Below are positions 45,572 through 59,765 of a stretch of DNA of 64,000 bases, piece by piece. The stretch lies in NCBI GenBank assembly GCA_963798085.1, contig CAWCRS010000007.1, forward strand, positions 1,632,001-1,696,000, read 5' to 3'. The notes below the pieces were generated by a model. That model searched no databases. It saw only the letters and a list, made by a program, of their open reading frames with translations, and had not been told where the DNA came from. This DNA is from an uncultured Gemmatimonadales bacterium. Lineage in GTDB: Bacteria > Gemmatimonadota > Gemmatimonadetes > Longimicrobiales > RSA9. Numbering within the stretch: position 1 is the first letter of the stretch; every line of letters starts with the position of its first letter. The translations under genes and the position numbers were made by a program.

Positions 45572-47030
45572 GCTTGCGCATCCGCGCGGAGAGGATGCCC
45601 AGCTGGTCGCGGTACTTGGCCACCGTGCGGCGCGCGATCTGTACGCCTTCCTCGCGCAGGATGTTGACGATGGCCTGGTCCGTAAGTGGCCGGCGCGCTT
45701 CTTCCTCGGACACGAGCTTCTGGATCCTCGCCTTGATGCCGCGCGCGCTCACGTCCTCGCCCGAAGTGGTGGAGAGCCCGCTGGAGAAGAAGAACTTGAG
45801 GGGGAGCACGCCGCGCGGTGTCTGAACGAACTTCTCGTTAGTCACGCGCGAGACGGTCGACTCGTGCATGTTGATGACTTCGGCCACTTCGCGCAGCGTG
45901 AGCGGCTTCAGGTACTGCACGCCTTTCTCGAAGAACTCGCGCTGCCGGTCGACGATGAAGTTCATCACCTTGAGCATGGTCTGGCGGCGCTGCTCGATGG
46001 CCTGGATCATCCAGTTCGCGCTGTTGAGCTTCGACGAGATGAACTCCTTGTTCTCGCCCTTGAACTTGCCCTTGTCGCGGGCGATCTCGCGGTAGGTGCG
46101 CGACAGGCGCAGCCGCGGCAGGCTGGTGTCGTTGAGAAACACCATGTAGTCGCCATCGATCTTGTCGACCACCAGGTCCGGCACAATGTAGTTGTCGCCG
46201 GGAGCAGCGTACTTGAGGCCGGGCTTGGGGTCGAACTTGGCGATCTCGTCCTTGGCGTCCTGCACTTCGCTGGGTGTGACGCCGAAGTCCTTGGACACCT
46301 CGGACCAGCGGTGGTTGATCAGCTGGTCGAAGAAGCGATCGACAATGCGGTACGCCAGTGTGTCTTCCTGTTCGGCGTCACGCAGCTGCAGCAGCAGGCA
46401 CTCGCGCAGATTGCGCGCACCAATGCCGGGCGGGTCGAAGCCCTGGATCACCTGGAGCATGGCTTCGACTTCGGACAGCTGCACCGGCTGCATGGGCCGG
46501 TCGTCATCGTCCTCCGCGCCTTCTTCGGCGATCCACTGGTTCAGGCTGCGCTGCACCTCCTCGAGCGGGCAGGTCAGGTACCCGTTCTCGTCGATGTTGC
46601 CGATGATCTCCTCGCCGATCAGCATCTCGCGGATCGAGTGGCGCTGCAGCAGCAGCTGATCACGCAGATGGTCGTAGAGATCGCGCGTCTCGACCGAGAC
46701 CGGCTCGTAGTACTCGCGATCCTCGAACTCGGCGCGGCGACCGCCCGGATCGAAGCCGTCCAGCAGGATTTCCTCCCAGTCGATCTCCTCCTTCTCCTTC
46801 TTGCTCTCCTCCTTTTCCTTTTCCTTGTCCGCGGGTGCTACGTCCTCGTCCGAGACGGCAGGCTCTTCCAGCTCGAGGAACGGATTGTTCAGCATCTCCT
46901 GCTTGATGTGCTGCTGCAGGTCCAGCAGCGGCATGTACAGCAGATCCATCGCCTGATACAGGCGAGGATTGATTTTCAGCTCGTGCCGGAGCTGCGTTCC
47001 CTGATAGAGTCCGGTCCTGATGGGCGTCAT
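45564..47030 (-). CDS. rpoN: RNA polymerase sigma-54 factor
   Basis: NPFLE, HESTVSR and RpoN box ARRTVAKYR. Confidence 0.98.
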   Translation of the reverse strand: MTPIRTGLYQGTQLRHELKINPRLYQAMDLLYMPLLDLQQHIKQEMLNNPFLELEEPAVSDEDVAPADKEKEKEESKKEKEEIDWEEILLDGFDPGGRRAEFEDREYYEPVSVETRDLYDHLRDQLLLQRHSIREMLIGEEIIGNIDENGYLTCPLEEVQRSLNQWIAEEGAEDDDDRPMQPVQLSEVEAMLQVIQGFDPPGIGARNLRECLLLQLRDAEQEDTLAYRIVDRFFDQLINHRWSEVSKDFGVTPSEVQDAKDEIAKFDPKPGLKYAAPGDNYIVPDLVVDKIDGDYMVFLNDTSLPRLRLSRTYREIARDKGKFKGENKEFISSKLNSANWMIQAIEQRRQTMLKVMNFIVDRQREFFEKGVQYLKPLTLREVAEVINMHESTVSRVTNEKFVQTPRGVLPLKFFFSSGLSTTSGEDVSARGIKARIQKLVSEEEARRPLTDQAIVNILREEGVQIARRTVAKYRDQLGILSARMRKRV

Positions 47031-48238
47031 GCCTGAGGCTCCGGCCGGCGGTAGCGCTCACGCATGCGGACCGTGAGCGTGGGTCCGAAGTAGATTTCGG
47101 CCACTTCGTCGTTCCACACGAGTTCCGCCACAGTCCCGGACACCCTCACCCGGCCGTCGTACATGATGTAGGCGCGGTCCACGATATCCAGCGTCTGCTC
47201 CACGTTGTGGTCTGTGATGATCACACCGATCCCGCGCAGCCGCAGATCCGCGACGATCTGCTGAATGTCGTTCACGGCAATGGGATCGATTCCCGCGAAC
47301 GGTTCATCCAGCAGCATGAACTTCGGGCGGCTCACCAGCGCGCGCGTGATCTCGAGGCGTCGTCGCTCGCCGCCTGAGAGCGAATATGCCCTGGCCTTGC
47401 GCAGATGGCGCAGTCCCAGCTCATCGAGCAGCTCTTCGAGCCGAGCCTTCCTCGGCGCGCGCCGCAGGCCCATCGTCTCGAGGATCGCCATGATGTTGTC
47501 CTCGACCGTGAGCTTGCGAAAGACCGACGGCTCCTGCGCAAGATAGCCTATACCCCGGCGGGCCCGCTTGTACATGGGTACCCGCGTGATGTCCTTGTCA
47601 TCCAGGATCACCCGGCCCTCATCCGGTGCGATCAGACCGACGATCATGTAGAACGTCGTCGTCTTCCCTGCCCCGTTGGGCCCGAGCAGTCCCACGATCT
47701 CGCCCTGCGACACGGCAAGGTCCACATCAGCGACGACTTTTCTCTTGCGGTAGATCTTGACCAGGCCCTCGGTGTAGAGGCGGCTCGAGCCGGTCGGCGC
47801 GGGTTTTTCGGCGACCGGTGCGGCGACGCGCTCGGCCGAGCCGTCGAGCAATTCAGCCACCCGTTGTTCGAGGGTGGTGGTGGCGGCCGCGCGATCTGCC
47901 GCGATATCAGACCAGACTTCCGGGCGCACACGTACCCGCTCCCAGCCGGGTCCGGGCGGTTCGGTTACCGCGATCGACTCCGCAGCCAGCCGCGAGAGGA
48001 TCTGCTCGTCGAGGTAGCGCTCCATCTCGTCGGGATCGAGGCTCGCCTGGCCATCGGTTGCGGCATTCAAGAGGCCGGGACCGGAGCGACTGCGGGCGTG
48101 CGCGTTGCGCACCGCCGCCAGCCATTCACCGCGGTCGAGCGAACCGTCCGGCGCCGCCCGTCGCACCAGCTCGAGCAGCCCGAGCGCAAGAGAGGCATCG
48201 TGGCGGCGCAGGCCCGCCGCGAACTCGGCCAGCTTCAC
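47027..48238 (-). CDS. lptB: LPS export ABC ATPase LptB with about 150-aa N-terminal extension
   Basis: [36 protein letters not shown] start overlaps the upstream stop. Confidence 0.93.
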   Translation of the reverse strand: MKLAEFAAGLRRHDASLALGLLELVRRAAPDGSLDRGEWLAAVRNAHARSRSGPGLLNAATDGQASLDPDEMERYLDEQILSRLAAESIAVTEPPGPGWERVRVRPEVWSDIAADRAAATTTLEQRVAELLDGSAERVAAPVAEKPAPTGSSRLYTEGLVKIYRKRKVVADVDLAVSQGEIVGLLGPNGAGKTTTFYMIVGLIAPDEGRVILDDKDITRVPMYKRARRGIGYLAQEPSVFRKLTVEDNIMAILETMGLRRAPRKARLEELLDELGLRHLRKARAYSLSGGERRRLEITRALVSRPKFMLLDEPFAGIDPIAVNDIQQIVADLRLRGIGVIITDHNVEQTLDIVDRAYIMYDGRVRVSGTVAELVWNDEVAEIYFGPTLTVRMRERYRRPEPQA

Positions 48239-49614
48239 GAGCCCTTCTTCCCGGCGGCCTGCCCATTCTGCGGTCGCGTCGCTTCGGGCTGCAGGTACAT
48301 GCTCTGCACCTCACCCACGGCATCGACCCTGGCGACCGTCCCGGCTTTCATCTTCACGGTGATGCGCCTCGCCAGCAGGTAGTTGATGCTGGGTGGCGCC
48401 TGCGGGTTCTTTTCGTCGTCGCGGCGATACAGAGAAGTGGCGCGCTCGGATGTGCCGACCGCCAGCACGGTGTCCACTTCGCGGTCGCGGCCCGCGGAAT
48501 CGACGCGCTCCGCGGGCACCTCGAGGAACGTGGCAACGATCGTGTCGCCTCGCATCCAGTCCCGCGACGCGAGCGCCGGCACATTGGCGTTGCCCAGATC
48601 CTGGTTGAGCCGCTCGCTGTAGGCGTGGCCGACGGCGATGACCTTGTCGAGCTTCTGCGCGGGCGCCAGCGCATCGATCGAATCCGCTGTCAGCCGGAAG
48701 TCCTGTGATGTCGCGGAGGCCTGGCGCGTCAGGGCGGGGGCCGTCCCTTCCGTGCCCGGTTTCTCACCCACGGCGATGAGCCGGTTGACCACACCCGTGT
48801 CCAGCAGCACGCGAATGCGGGGCGCTTCGACGGTCAGGTCCTTGCCCGCGAGCCTTCCCTTGAGGAGGGCGGTGATCTCTTCCAGCTGATCCGTTTCTGA
48901 TGTGCGGCCGTTCACCGTGTCGCCTGTGATCGTGTAATCGACTGTTTCCAGCCTGGCTTCCCGCGCAAGGCGCAGCGAGCCGGCATCGCGGTCGTAGAAG
49001 GCTTCGCCGCCGTACCCGGTCATCTGCGAGCGCCGCAGCACGACGCCGCCGCGGCCGTGGAAGCGCGACTGGCCCGTGATGTCCATGGCGTCCGCGTCCG
49101 CAATCGTGGTATCGCGCCGGGTCGAGTCGGACTTCGCAATGGAGATGAGCACGGCGTGCGGCCGGCCGCTGGGAATCTGGATCAACGATTCCGGGCGAGT
49201 GGGTGACGTCTCGTAATAGTTCATGATCGGGCCGGTCACCACCGAGCCCGTCTTCCGGTCCGTCATCACGACGTTGTTCTGCGCAATGGAGAAGCGGTCG
49301 TTCTCCATGTAGCGGATATAACCTGCTGTTACAATGTTGTCGGTGGTCGTGTAGCGCACATGGTTGATGAATTCGTCCATGCCGCTGGCCGCGATCTGCA
49401 CGACACTGTCGGCGTAGATGCGCGTGCCGTCCGTGCAGATGAACAGCGCACCGCCGCCGATAAAGGTCATCTGGTTGGGCTTGCCGTTGTTGAAGACGTT
49501 GACCGTGCCCAGCGTGTCGCGCTGCTGGATCGTGCAGTCCTTGCGCTGCTGCGCCCGCACAGCGGCGGGCGCGAGCAGCAGCACAGCGATCGACGCGCCC
49601 TTCGCGAAGCGCAT
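48235..49614 (-). CDS. LptA/OstA-like periplasmic beta-jellyroll protein
   Basis: Signal peptide, repeated ADS/GDT beta motifs, located between lptC and lptB. Confidence 0.7.
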   Translation of the reverse strand: MRFAKGASIAVLLLAPAAVRAQQRKDCTIQQRDTLGTVNVFNNGKPNQMTFIGGGALFICTDGTRIYADSVVQIAASGMDEFINHVRYTTTDNIVTAGYIRYMENDRFSIAQNNVVMTDRKTGSVVTGPIMNYYETSPTRPESLIQIPSGRPHAVLISIAKSDSTRRDTTIADADAMDITGQSRFHGRGGVVLRRSQMTGYGGEAFYDRDAGSLRLAREARLETVDYTITGDTVNGRTSETDQLEEITALLKGRLAGKDLTVEAPRIRVLLDTGVVNRLIAVGEKPGTEGTAPALTRQASATSQDFRLTADSIDALAPAQKLDKVIAVGHAYSERLNQDLGNANVPALASRDWMRGDTIVATFLEVPAERVDSAGRDREVDTVLAVGTSERATSLYRRDDEKNPQAPPSINYLLARRITVKMKAGTVARVDAVGEVQSMYLQPEATRPQNGQAAGKKGS

Positions 49615-50150
49615 TACTTGCTCTCGCAGCTGCCCGGCAGTCTGCCGTTCACGCCGCGCGCGCTGATGGTCGTGAACTGGTCGTCGGCCGAGAAGCTGCG
49701 CACGTTGGTGATATTACCCGCCTGATCGAAACGGGTGGGCACATCGCTCCACACGCGCTTCGTGTTCGGGTCGTAGTGCAGCTCTTCGGTCTGCACATTG
49801 CAGCCGTCCTGGGTGATGAGGACCACGTGCCCGAGCGCGATCAGGGCGTCCGTGGACGTGTTCCACCTGCCGCTGTCCGCCTTGATGGTGGCGCGCTGCA
49901 CCCCATCCGGGTTGTACATTCTGAGGTTCAGCCCGCGCACGCGGTACGACGCCGAGTCTTCGTATACGTAGACCGTGTCGAACACGCCTTCGGAGCTGCG
50001 CACACCGTCGACGGTGGATGTGTGCATGGCATTGATCAGCACCTGATCCGACGGCAGTTCGTGATACGTGCCGTCATTCGGTGCCGTGGTGGTCGGGTGG
50101 CAACCGAGCGCAAGCAGCGCCACGAATCCCGCCAGATGGCCCTGCTTCAT
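49614..50150 (-). CDS. lptC: LPS export periplasmic protein LptC (lipoprotein)
   Basis: LALGC lipobox; ADSG..LIALGHVV..QTEELHYD..VWSD; follows kdsD. Confidence 0.8.
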   Translation of the reverse strand: MKQGHLAGFVALLALGCHPTTTAPNDGTYHELPSDQVLINAMHTSTVDGVRSSEGVFDTVYVYEDSASYRVRGLNLRMYNPDGVQRATIKADSGRWNTSTDALIALGHVVLITQDGCNVQTEELHYDPNTKRVWSDVPTRFDQAGNITNVRSFSADDQFTTISARGVNGRLPGSCESK

Positions 50151-51163
50151 CGCACACCCGAGCGCAGGAGGTCATGAAGGTGAACGATGCCGAGCAGGTG
50201 GTTACCGTCATCGACCACGGGCATCGCCATGATGCCATGCTTTTCCATGACGTGCACGGCCGCGGCGGCGAGTGTGTCCGGGGTGGTCAGCCGTGGCGTG
50301 CGCGTCATGATGGCCGCCACGGGGATATCGAAGAACGACTCGGTTCGTTCCATCAGGCGGGTCAGATCGCCCGCCGTGACCACGCCCATGACGCGGTGTT
50401 CGCCGTCGATGATGGGGACGGTTCCCCGTTTCTCGGCCAGCAGCACGACGCAGCGGCGCATCGCGTCCTGCGGCTGCAGCGACGGGATGTCGTCGCTGAG
50501 CATTACATCGCGCACCCGCAGGGTGAGCTTGCGTCCAATGGCTCCGCCGGGGTGCAGCCGCGCGAATTCCTCGCGCGTGAATCCGCGCAGCTGCAGCAGC
50601 GTCACCGCCAGTGCATCACCCAGCGCGAGGGCCGCAGTGGTCGACGTCGTGGGCGCCAGATCGAACGGACACGCCTCCTCCGCCACCGCGCTATCGAGCA
50701 CTACGCGCGCGGCCCGGGCCAGCAGAGAGTCGCGGGTCCCGGTCAGCGCAATGATGGCCACGCCCCGGCGGCTGAGGTGTTCCACCAGAGGCGCGAGTTC
50801 ATCCGAATCGCCGCTCTTGGAGACGAGGATGGCGACATCATCGTCGCCTACCATCCCGAGATCCCCGTGCATGCCCTCCACCGGGTGCAGGAATGCGGCG
50901 GACGAGCCGGTCGACGTCAGGGTTGCCGCGATCTTGCGCGCGACGATGCCGCTCTTGCCGATGCCGCTCACGATGGTGCGGCCGCGGGCGTCGTAGAGCA
51001 GGCGAACCGCAGCCACGAAGGATGCATCGAGTCGTTGTTCGAGCGCGTGCAGGGCTGCGCTCTCCAGGGCCAGCACGCGGCGTCCGGCCGCCAGCAGGGT
51101 CGCATCATCCGACATTGGCGCAGCGCGCTCGGTCGGCAATCGCGTGCTTCCGGTCGCGCTCAT
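50147..51163 (-). CDS. kdsD: Arabinose-5-phosphate isomerase (KpsF/GutQ)
   Basis: GIGKSG, STG, HGDLG, APTTS, HPGG, two CBS domains. Confidence 0.95.
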   Translation of the reverse strand: MSATGSTRLPTERAAPMSDDATLLAAGRRVLALESAALHALEQRLDASFVAAVRLLYDARGRTIVSGIGKSGIVARKIAATLTSTGSSAAFLHPVEGMHGDLGMVGDDDVAILVSKSGDSDELAPLVEHLSRRGVAIIALTGTRDSLLARAARVVLDSAVAEEACPFDLAPTTSTTAALALGDALAVTLLQLRGFTREEFARLHPGGAIGRKLTLRVRDVMLSDDIPSLQPQDAMRRCVVLLAEKRGTVPIIDGEHRVMGVVTAGDLTRLMERTESFFDIPVAAIMTRTPRLTTPDTLAAAAVHVMEKHGIMAMPVVDDGNHLLGIVHLHDLLRSGVR

Positions 51164-51722
51164 GGTTCGTTCCCGGCCTCCCGCTGCGCCACGTAGCGCT
51201 CCACCAGCTTGCCCCACTGGCCGCGTGCGCGCAGCAGGGCCTCCGCGAATTCGCGCACCGCGCCCCGTCCGCCCGAACGGTGTGTTATCCAGTGCGCGGA
51301 GGCGCGCACTTCGGGCACCGCATTGGCCACCGCCACGGCCAGCCCGGCGCGACGCAGCACGGGCAGGTCAGCCAGATCGTCGCACACACACGCGGTCTCG
51401 ATCCAGCTGACACCGTGTTGCGCGTGCAATCGTTCGAGCACCGCCAGTTTGAAGCCGCCGTCCTCTTCGTAGCAGGGGATGCCCAGCTCCTCCGCCCGTC
51501 TGCGGTTGGCGGGCGACACGCGGCCGCTGACCAGGGCCACTTCGAGTCCGCCCCACACCAGCATCTTGATCCCCAGCCCATCAGTGATCTCGAAGCGCTT
51601 CAGCTCGACCGCCTCGCCCTGAGCCGTGGCGCCCATGTAGAGCCCGCCATCGGTGAGTACGCCATCCACATCCAGCGCCACCAGACGGATGCGTTGTGCC
51701 GCAGCGCGGGACAGTGGCTCAC

Positions 51723-51726
<4 letters not shown>
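51160..51726 (-). CDS. kdsC: KDO 8-phosphate phosphatase
   Basis: LDVDGVLTDG, SGR, GGRGAVRE. Confidence 0.93.
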
Positions 51727-55074
<3,348 letters not shown>

Positions 55075-55143
55075 GACGGCTCGAACCTCCGCAAAAAAAG
55101 AGCGTCGAACTACGCAAGATTCACGCCGTACCCCGAACGCCCG

Positions 55144-55172
55144 AATCTAACGGGCGCTCGGGTCGAAGTCAA
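55144..55172 (-). promoter_or_regulatory. Sigma-70-like promoter for the kdsB-pyrG operon
   Basis: Minus strand TTGACT-N17-TAGATT. Confidence 0.65.
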
Positions 55173-55185
55173 AACGCACCGCAAC

Positions 55186-56691
55186 TCAGTCGATCGGCAT
55201 CCACGGATAGCGATGCGGAATGGAAAGCCCGCTCAGCAGGATGCCCCGGTTGAGGCGCGACGGGTCGGCCACGGCGAGGACGTAGAAGATGCGCACACGC
55301 AGCCGCACGCCGACGTTCTGGAAGAGGCTGGAATCGCCGCCCTTCGACCAGGCGTTGCCCACGCGGTGCAGCGCCTCGATCGCCGGTCTTCCGAACACGC
55401 GTGTTGTGAGCGCGCGTGGGAACGGCACGCGGTACTCGCTCTCCACGTACGCCAGCCGGTCGCCGTACAGTTCGGCTTCATTCAGTCGGGGGAGCGTCGG
55501 CCTGCCACCAATGGCGTTCCAGCGCTGGTGCGGCAGACTGTCCGTTCCCGGCAATGGGCCGCGGAAGCGCATCTTCATGACGAAGGTGTGATCGGCAATC
55601 GCCTGCATGGCCCAGTGTGCACCCGCATCGAAGCGATTGAAGGAACGTGTGCCCTGCAGCCAGGTGCCCGCCGCTTCCACTTCGCCTTCCAGTTCCGCCG
55701 CCCATGTGGCGCGTTCCCACTCGCCCTTGAAGGAGAGCGCCAGGCTGCTGATGCGTCCATCATCGATCACCGGATTGGGTCGCGCCGGGTTGCCGAACGC
55801 GTGCCACGGATCGAGTGCCGGAATGGAGTGCGCATCTTCCACCTGGCCGAGGAGGCGCAGCGTGATGCGCTGATCGTCGCGCATGTACGAGAGGTCGGGA
55901 CCGAGATAGTAGCGGTCCGCCTCGTAGTAATTGCGATAGTCGTGACCGCGCAGCGCGTAGGACACGGTGTTGGACCAGCCGCGAGCCCATGCGTCGTGCG
56001 TGATAACATCGCGTTCGCCGCCGGCGCCGACGTGGAAGGCGCCGTGACGCACGCCCAGCTCGGCGCCGCCGATCAGCGTCTTGCGCGACGTTTCATAGCC
56101 GATCCATCCGTGTGCATCAGGTTCCGTCGCGCCTGCGCGCGGCAGCAGATAGCGCGCCCCCCAGGCCACGGTGATGCCGCTGACCCGATCATAGGTGGGC
56201 GCGTGAAATCCCTTCAGTCCATCCAGATCCAGCAGAGACGAAACGCGCGTGCCCGTAATGCGCACGCCGTCGCTTCTTCTCTCTGCGCGGTACGAAGCTT
56301 CCCTGTACTGTCGCACCGTGCCATCGATCAGCGCATTGTCCGCCAGGAACAGCCCGCCGCCAATGTTGACCACATCCCCTGCGATGTGTGCGTGCGGCCG
56401 CAGGAACACGTTGGCGTCGACGATGACCACATCGCCCAGGATGACGTTTTCCAGTTTGGCGGTAGTGGCGGCGAAGATGACGGGGCCCTGTATGGTGTCG
56501 CCCGGCGCATACACGGTGTCGGCATCGAGCAGCCGGTAATTGCCGGAGGCGACAACGCGCTTCAGGATGCTGTCTGTCTCCAGCTCGCCGCGGCCGCTGA
56601 GTGTGACGCGTCGCTGCTGTGCGTGGACTGTGGCCGGCGCGCTGAACAGGAGCGCCAGCAGGATGGGTACCCGGGTGCGCCGCGCGATCAC
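55186..56691 (-). CDS. Putative outer-membrane protein: beta-helix (bactofilin-like) N-domain plus beta-barrel
   Basis: Signal peptide; repeats such as ILGDVVIVDANV and IAGDVVNIGGGL; YDRVSG motif and amphipathic strands. Confidence 0.6.
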   Translation of the reverse strand: MIARRTRVPILLALLFSAPATVHAQQRRVTLSGRGELETDSILKRVVASGNYRLLDADTVYAPGDTIQGPVIFAATTAKLENVILGDVVIVDANVFLRPHAHIAGDVVNIGGGLFLADNALIDGTVRQYREASYRAERRSDGVRITGTRVSSLLDLDGLKGFHAPTYDRVSGITVAWGARYLLPRAGATEPDAHGWIGYETSRKTLIGGAELGVRHGAFHVGAGGERDVITHDAWARGWSNTVSYALRGHDYRNYYEADRYYLGPDLSYMRDDQRITLRLLGQVEDAHSIPALDPWHAFGNPARPNPVIDDGRISSLALSFKGEWERATWAAELEGEVEAAGTWLQGTRSFNRFDAGAHWAMQAIADHTFVMKMRFRGPLPGTDSLPHQRWNAIGGRPTLPRLNEAELYGDRLAYVESEYRVPFPRALTTRVFGRPAIEALHRVGNAWSKGGDSSLFQNVGVRLRVRIFYVLAVADPSRLNRGILLSGLSIPHRYPWMPID

Positions 56692-57266
56692 GCGAGCGCG
56701 AGGAAGTTCCGGGCGATTTCGCGACCGCCCTCACTGGCAATCGATTCCGGATGAAACTGCACGCCCCAGACCGGGAACGTGCGGTGGCGCACGGCCTGGA
56801 TTTCGTCCTCCCAGCCGGGTTCGTCGGTCGCGGCCAGCACTTCGAGGCAGGGTGGCAGCGCCGTCGGCTCGATGACGAGTGAATGATACCTCGCCACGTG
56901 CAGCGGATTCTGCAGCCCTTCGAACATGGCGCGACCGTCATGACGCACGGCGGACACCTTGCCGTGCATGGTGCGGCGTCCGCGTACCACGCAGCCGCCC
57001 CAGGCCGCGCCGATGGACTGATGCCCGAGGCACACGCCCAGGATCGGGATGGACGATCCGAAACGCTGAATGCAGGGCACACTCACGCCGGCTTCCGCAG
57101 GCGTGCAGGGCCCCGGCGACACGACGATCCAGCGCGGTGCGAGCGCCGCGATCTGGTCCAGCGTGATCTCGTCGTTGCGATGCACCTGCAGCTCCACGGA
57201 CAATTCGCCGAAGAGCTGCACCAGATTGAAGGTGAAGGAATCGTAATTGTCGATGACCAGCAGCAC
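56688..57266 (-). CDS. Anthranilate/aminodeoxychorismate synthase component II (TrpG/PabA)
   Basis: IDNYDSFT, SPGP, GVCLGHQ, RYHSL, QFHPES. Confidence 0.95.
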   Translation of the reverse strand: MLLVIDNYDSFTFNLVQLFGELSVELQVHRNDEITLDQIAALAPRWIVVSPGPCTPAEAGVSVPCIQRFGSSIPILGVCLGHQSIGAAWGGCVVRGRRTMHGKVSAVRHDGRAMFEGLQNPLHVARYHSLVIEPTALPPCLEVLAATDEPGWEDEIQAVRHRTFPVWGVQFHPESIASEGGREIARNFLALA

Positions 57267-57343
57267 GGCCTCCCCCGTCGTCGCGTGACTCTCCGAAGGT
57301 TAGGCGCACCAGGCGCGGCCAACAAGTACGCCCTGTCCGGCAC

Positions 57344-58228
57344 TCAGGCGCGAGGGTGATAGCGCCGGTGCACATCGCGCAGGTACTCCCGTTCCACGTG
57401 CGTGTAGATCTGCGTGGTCGCGATGTCGGCATGGCCCAGCAGCTCCTGCACTGCGGCCAGGTCGGCGCCGCCCTCCAGCAGGTGCGTGGCAAAGGAGTGC
57501 CGCAGTGTGTGCGGCGTCACGCGCTTCTCGATGCCCGCGCGGTCGACGTGTCTGCGCAGAATCTTCCACACACCCATGCGCGAGAGTGGCCGGCCACGCG
57601 CGTTGAGGAATACCACGCCTTCCGAGCGCCCGCCCAGGAGTGCCGGCCGGGTTTCGCGCAGGTACACCTCGAGCGCCCGCACTGCGGCGCGGCCGACCGG
57701 CACCAGTCGCTCCCTGGAGCCCTTGCCGAAGACCATGGCCATTCCCTCTTCCAGGTCGAGATCGCGCAGCTTGAGCGCGGTAAGCTCACTCACGCGCACA
57801 CCGGCGGCATACGCGAACTCGAGCAGCGCGCGATCGCGCCAGTAGAGCGTGTCGGCGGGGTCCGGCGCTTCCAGCAGCCGCTCGACATCATGCCGGCTGA
57901 GCGCGCCGGGCAGCCGTCGCCAGGCGCGCGGCAGCTCGACCCGTTCCGTCGGGTCCGCCACGACGACGCCTTCGGTCAGGAGGAAAGAGAAGTACGTGCG
58001 CGTCGCGGAGAGGGTCCGGCGGATCGACGTCGCCTCCAGTCCCCGATCCTTGAGCGCGTAGACGAACTCACGCAGGTCCGTGGCGCTCACTTCACCGGGG
58101 CGGTGTACGTTGCGCGCTTCGAGAAAGGCGACGAGGCCGTTCAGGTCCCGGCCGTATGCGTCCAGCGTGCGCGGCGACAGTCCGCGCTCCATCGACAGAT
58201 GATCCAGAAAGCGCTCCAGCTGGAACAC
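57344..58228 (-). CDS. xerD: Tyrosine recombinase XerD
   Basis: ERGLSPRTLDAY, GVRVSEL, GKGSRER, PHTLRHSFATHLL, LLGH, TTQIYTH; start inferred. Confidence 0.9.
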   Translation of the reverse strand: MFQLERFLDHLSMERGLSPRTLDAYGRDLNGLVAFLEARNVHRPGEVSATDLREFVYALKDRGLEATSIRRTLSATRTYFSFLLTEGVVVADPTERVELPRAWRRLPGALSRHDVERLLEAPDPADTLYWRDRALLEFAYAAGVRVSELTALKLRDLDLEEGMAMVFGKGSRERLVPVGRAAVRALEVYLRETRPALLGGRSEGVVFLNARGRPLSRMGVWKILRRHVDRAGIEKRVTPHTLRHSFATHLLEGGADLAAVQELLGHADIATTQIYTHVEREYLRDVHRRYHPRA

Positions 58229-58229
58229 G

Positions 58230-58844
58230 TCAGCGGCGCTCGCGTCGCGTCTTCCACCACCACCATACGGCCGCCGCAATCAGCAGGACCGCGATGATGA
58301 GCAGAATGCCGCTGACGCTGCGGAAGGCTCGGAGCAACGCTTCCGTGTTGCGCCCCGCCTGCGTACCCGCGATCACGAGCGCGCCGTACCAGAGCGCGGA
58401 CGCGCCCGCCATGGGCAGCGCCACGCGACGCACAGGCACGCGGCTCACACCCGCGAACACCGGCACGATCGAGCGGAAGGCGGGCAGGAAGCGGCTTACG
58501 AAAATGGCGGGCGTTCCCCAGCGATCGTAGAAGCGGCCGATCTGCTCGAGCTGACGCGGGTGCAGCAGCCAGCGGCCTGTGCGGTGGTTGAAGAAGTCGT
58601 GGCCCCAGCGCCGTGCCAGCGCGTAGACGAGCAGCGCCAATGCCACATTGCCCACCCATGTGCAGAGGAACACCAGCCACGCCTGCGCCGGTCCGCGAGC
58701 GGCGAGGAATGCGCCCGCGAGAACGAATGTGTCGGCTGGTACCGGCGGAAACAGATTCTCAATGGCCGCGCCGCCGCCGATCAGCAGGTAGATGAGCACC
58801 GGCGGCAGGCCGGCCAGCCATTGCAGGATTGATTGTAATTGCAT
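58230..58844 (-). CDS. DedA family protein
   Basis: IENLFPPVPAD, SRFLPAFRS. Confidence 0.9.
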   Translation of the reverse strand: MQLQSILQWLAGLPPVLIYLLIGGGAAIENLFPPVPADTFVLAGAFLAARGPAQAWLVFLCTWVGNVALALLVYALARRWGHDFFNHRTGRWLLHPRQLEQIGRFYDRWGTPAIFVSRFLPAFRSIVPVFAGVSRVPVRRVALPMAGASALWYGALVIAGTQAGRNTEALLRAFRSVSGILLIIAVLLIAAAVWWWWKTRRERR

Positions 58845-58864
58845 GGCGACGCGTCGGCGCGCGG

Positions 58865-59341
58865 CTACTCCAGGGAATCGACGAGCACGACGGCGATGGC
58901 GGCCAGCCCTTCGCCCGCGCCGATCCAGCCCATTCCCTCGTTGCTCTTGCCCTTCACCGAAACGTGCTGCGTGCCGATCCCAATGGCATCCGCAATGCGC
59001 GCACGCATGGCGGGCACATGCGCAGCGAGGCGAGGCTGCTCGCAGATCACGGTGACGTCGACATTGACCACCTGATAGTTCTCGCCTGCAACGATCTCGG
59101 TGGCCGCACGCAGCAGGGCCATCGAGTCGGCATCCTTCCAGCGTGCGTCGCTCGAGGGGAAGTGCGTGCCAATGTCGCCCAGCGCGCTGGCGCCGAGGAT
59201 GGCGTCGATGACGGCGTGCGCCACGGCGTCAGCATCCGAGTGACCGGCGAGACCGATGGGAGAGGGAATGTCGACGCCGCCCAGCACGAGCCGGCGCCCG
59301 GTCTCGAAGCGGTGCGAGTCGTAGCCGATGCCTGTCCTCAT
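58865..59341 (-). CDS. ispF: 2-C-methyl-D-erythritol 2,4-cyclodiphosphate synthase
   Basis: GIGYDSH, GHSDAD, GDIGTHFP. Confidence 0.97.
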   Translation of the reverse strand: MRTGIGYDSHRFETGRRLVLGGVDIPSPIGLAGHSDADAVAHAVIDAILGASALGDIGTHFPSSDARWKDADSMALLRAATEIVAGENYQVVNVDVTVICEQPRLAAHVPAMRARIADAIGIGTQHVSVKGKSNEGMGWIGAGEGLAAIAVVLVDSLE

Positions 59342-59353
59342 CCGCGCGACGCG

Positions 59354-59755
59354 TCAGGAACGCGGGGCGCGCAGGATGCGGAGTGCCAGGTGAGCCGCGT
59401 TCCTGGCGTTGTCGATGCCCACGCAGGCGACCGGCACACCGGGCGGCATCTGCACCGTGGACAGGAGCGCATCCAGTCCACCGAGTGCGGCCGAAAGGGG
59501 CACGCCGATAACAGGAAGTTTGGTGTGTGCCGCGACCACCCCCGGCAGCGCGGCGGAAAGGCCGGCCCCGCACACAACGACGGAGAAGCCGCGCGCCTCG
59601 GCGTTCTTCGCCAGGTCCGCCGTGCGGTCCGGCTCGCGGTGCGCGCTGCACACGATGACTTCGCTGTCCACGCCCGCATCGCGCAGGATGGGCACTGCCT
59701 TCTCCATGCGCTCGCGGTCGGACTCCGACCCCATCAGGATGAGTACGCTCGCCAT
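59354..59755 (-). CDS. purE: N5-CAIR mutase/AIR carboxylase, short form (133 aa)
   Basis: MGSESD, SAHR, AGLSAALPG, MPPGVPVA, NAA. Confidence 0.92.
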   Translation of the reverse strand: MASVLILMGSESDRERMEKAVPILRDAGVDSEVIVCSAHREPDRTADLAKNAEARGFSVVVCGAGLSAALPGVVAAHTKLPVIGVPLSAALGGLDALLSTVQMPPGVPVACVGIDNARNAAHLALRILRAPRS

Positions 59756-59765
59756 CGCCCCCGCC

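Noticed and set aside
1441..47673. KOPS (GGGNAGGG) polarity toward dif
   Set aside because: Four sites fit (28787, 30094, 39583, 47666) but two oppose (1441, 5647); the scan was by eye and incomplete, and the motif is not established for this lineage
57344..58228. Tyrosine recombinase as a phage or island integrase
   Set aside because: XerD-like motifs and size, embedded in a housekeeping operon with no att sites or mobile cargo
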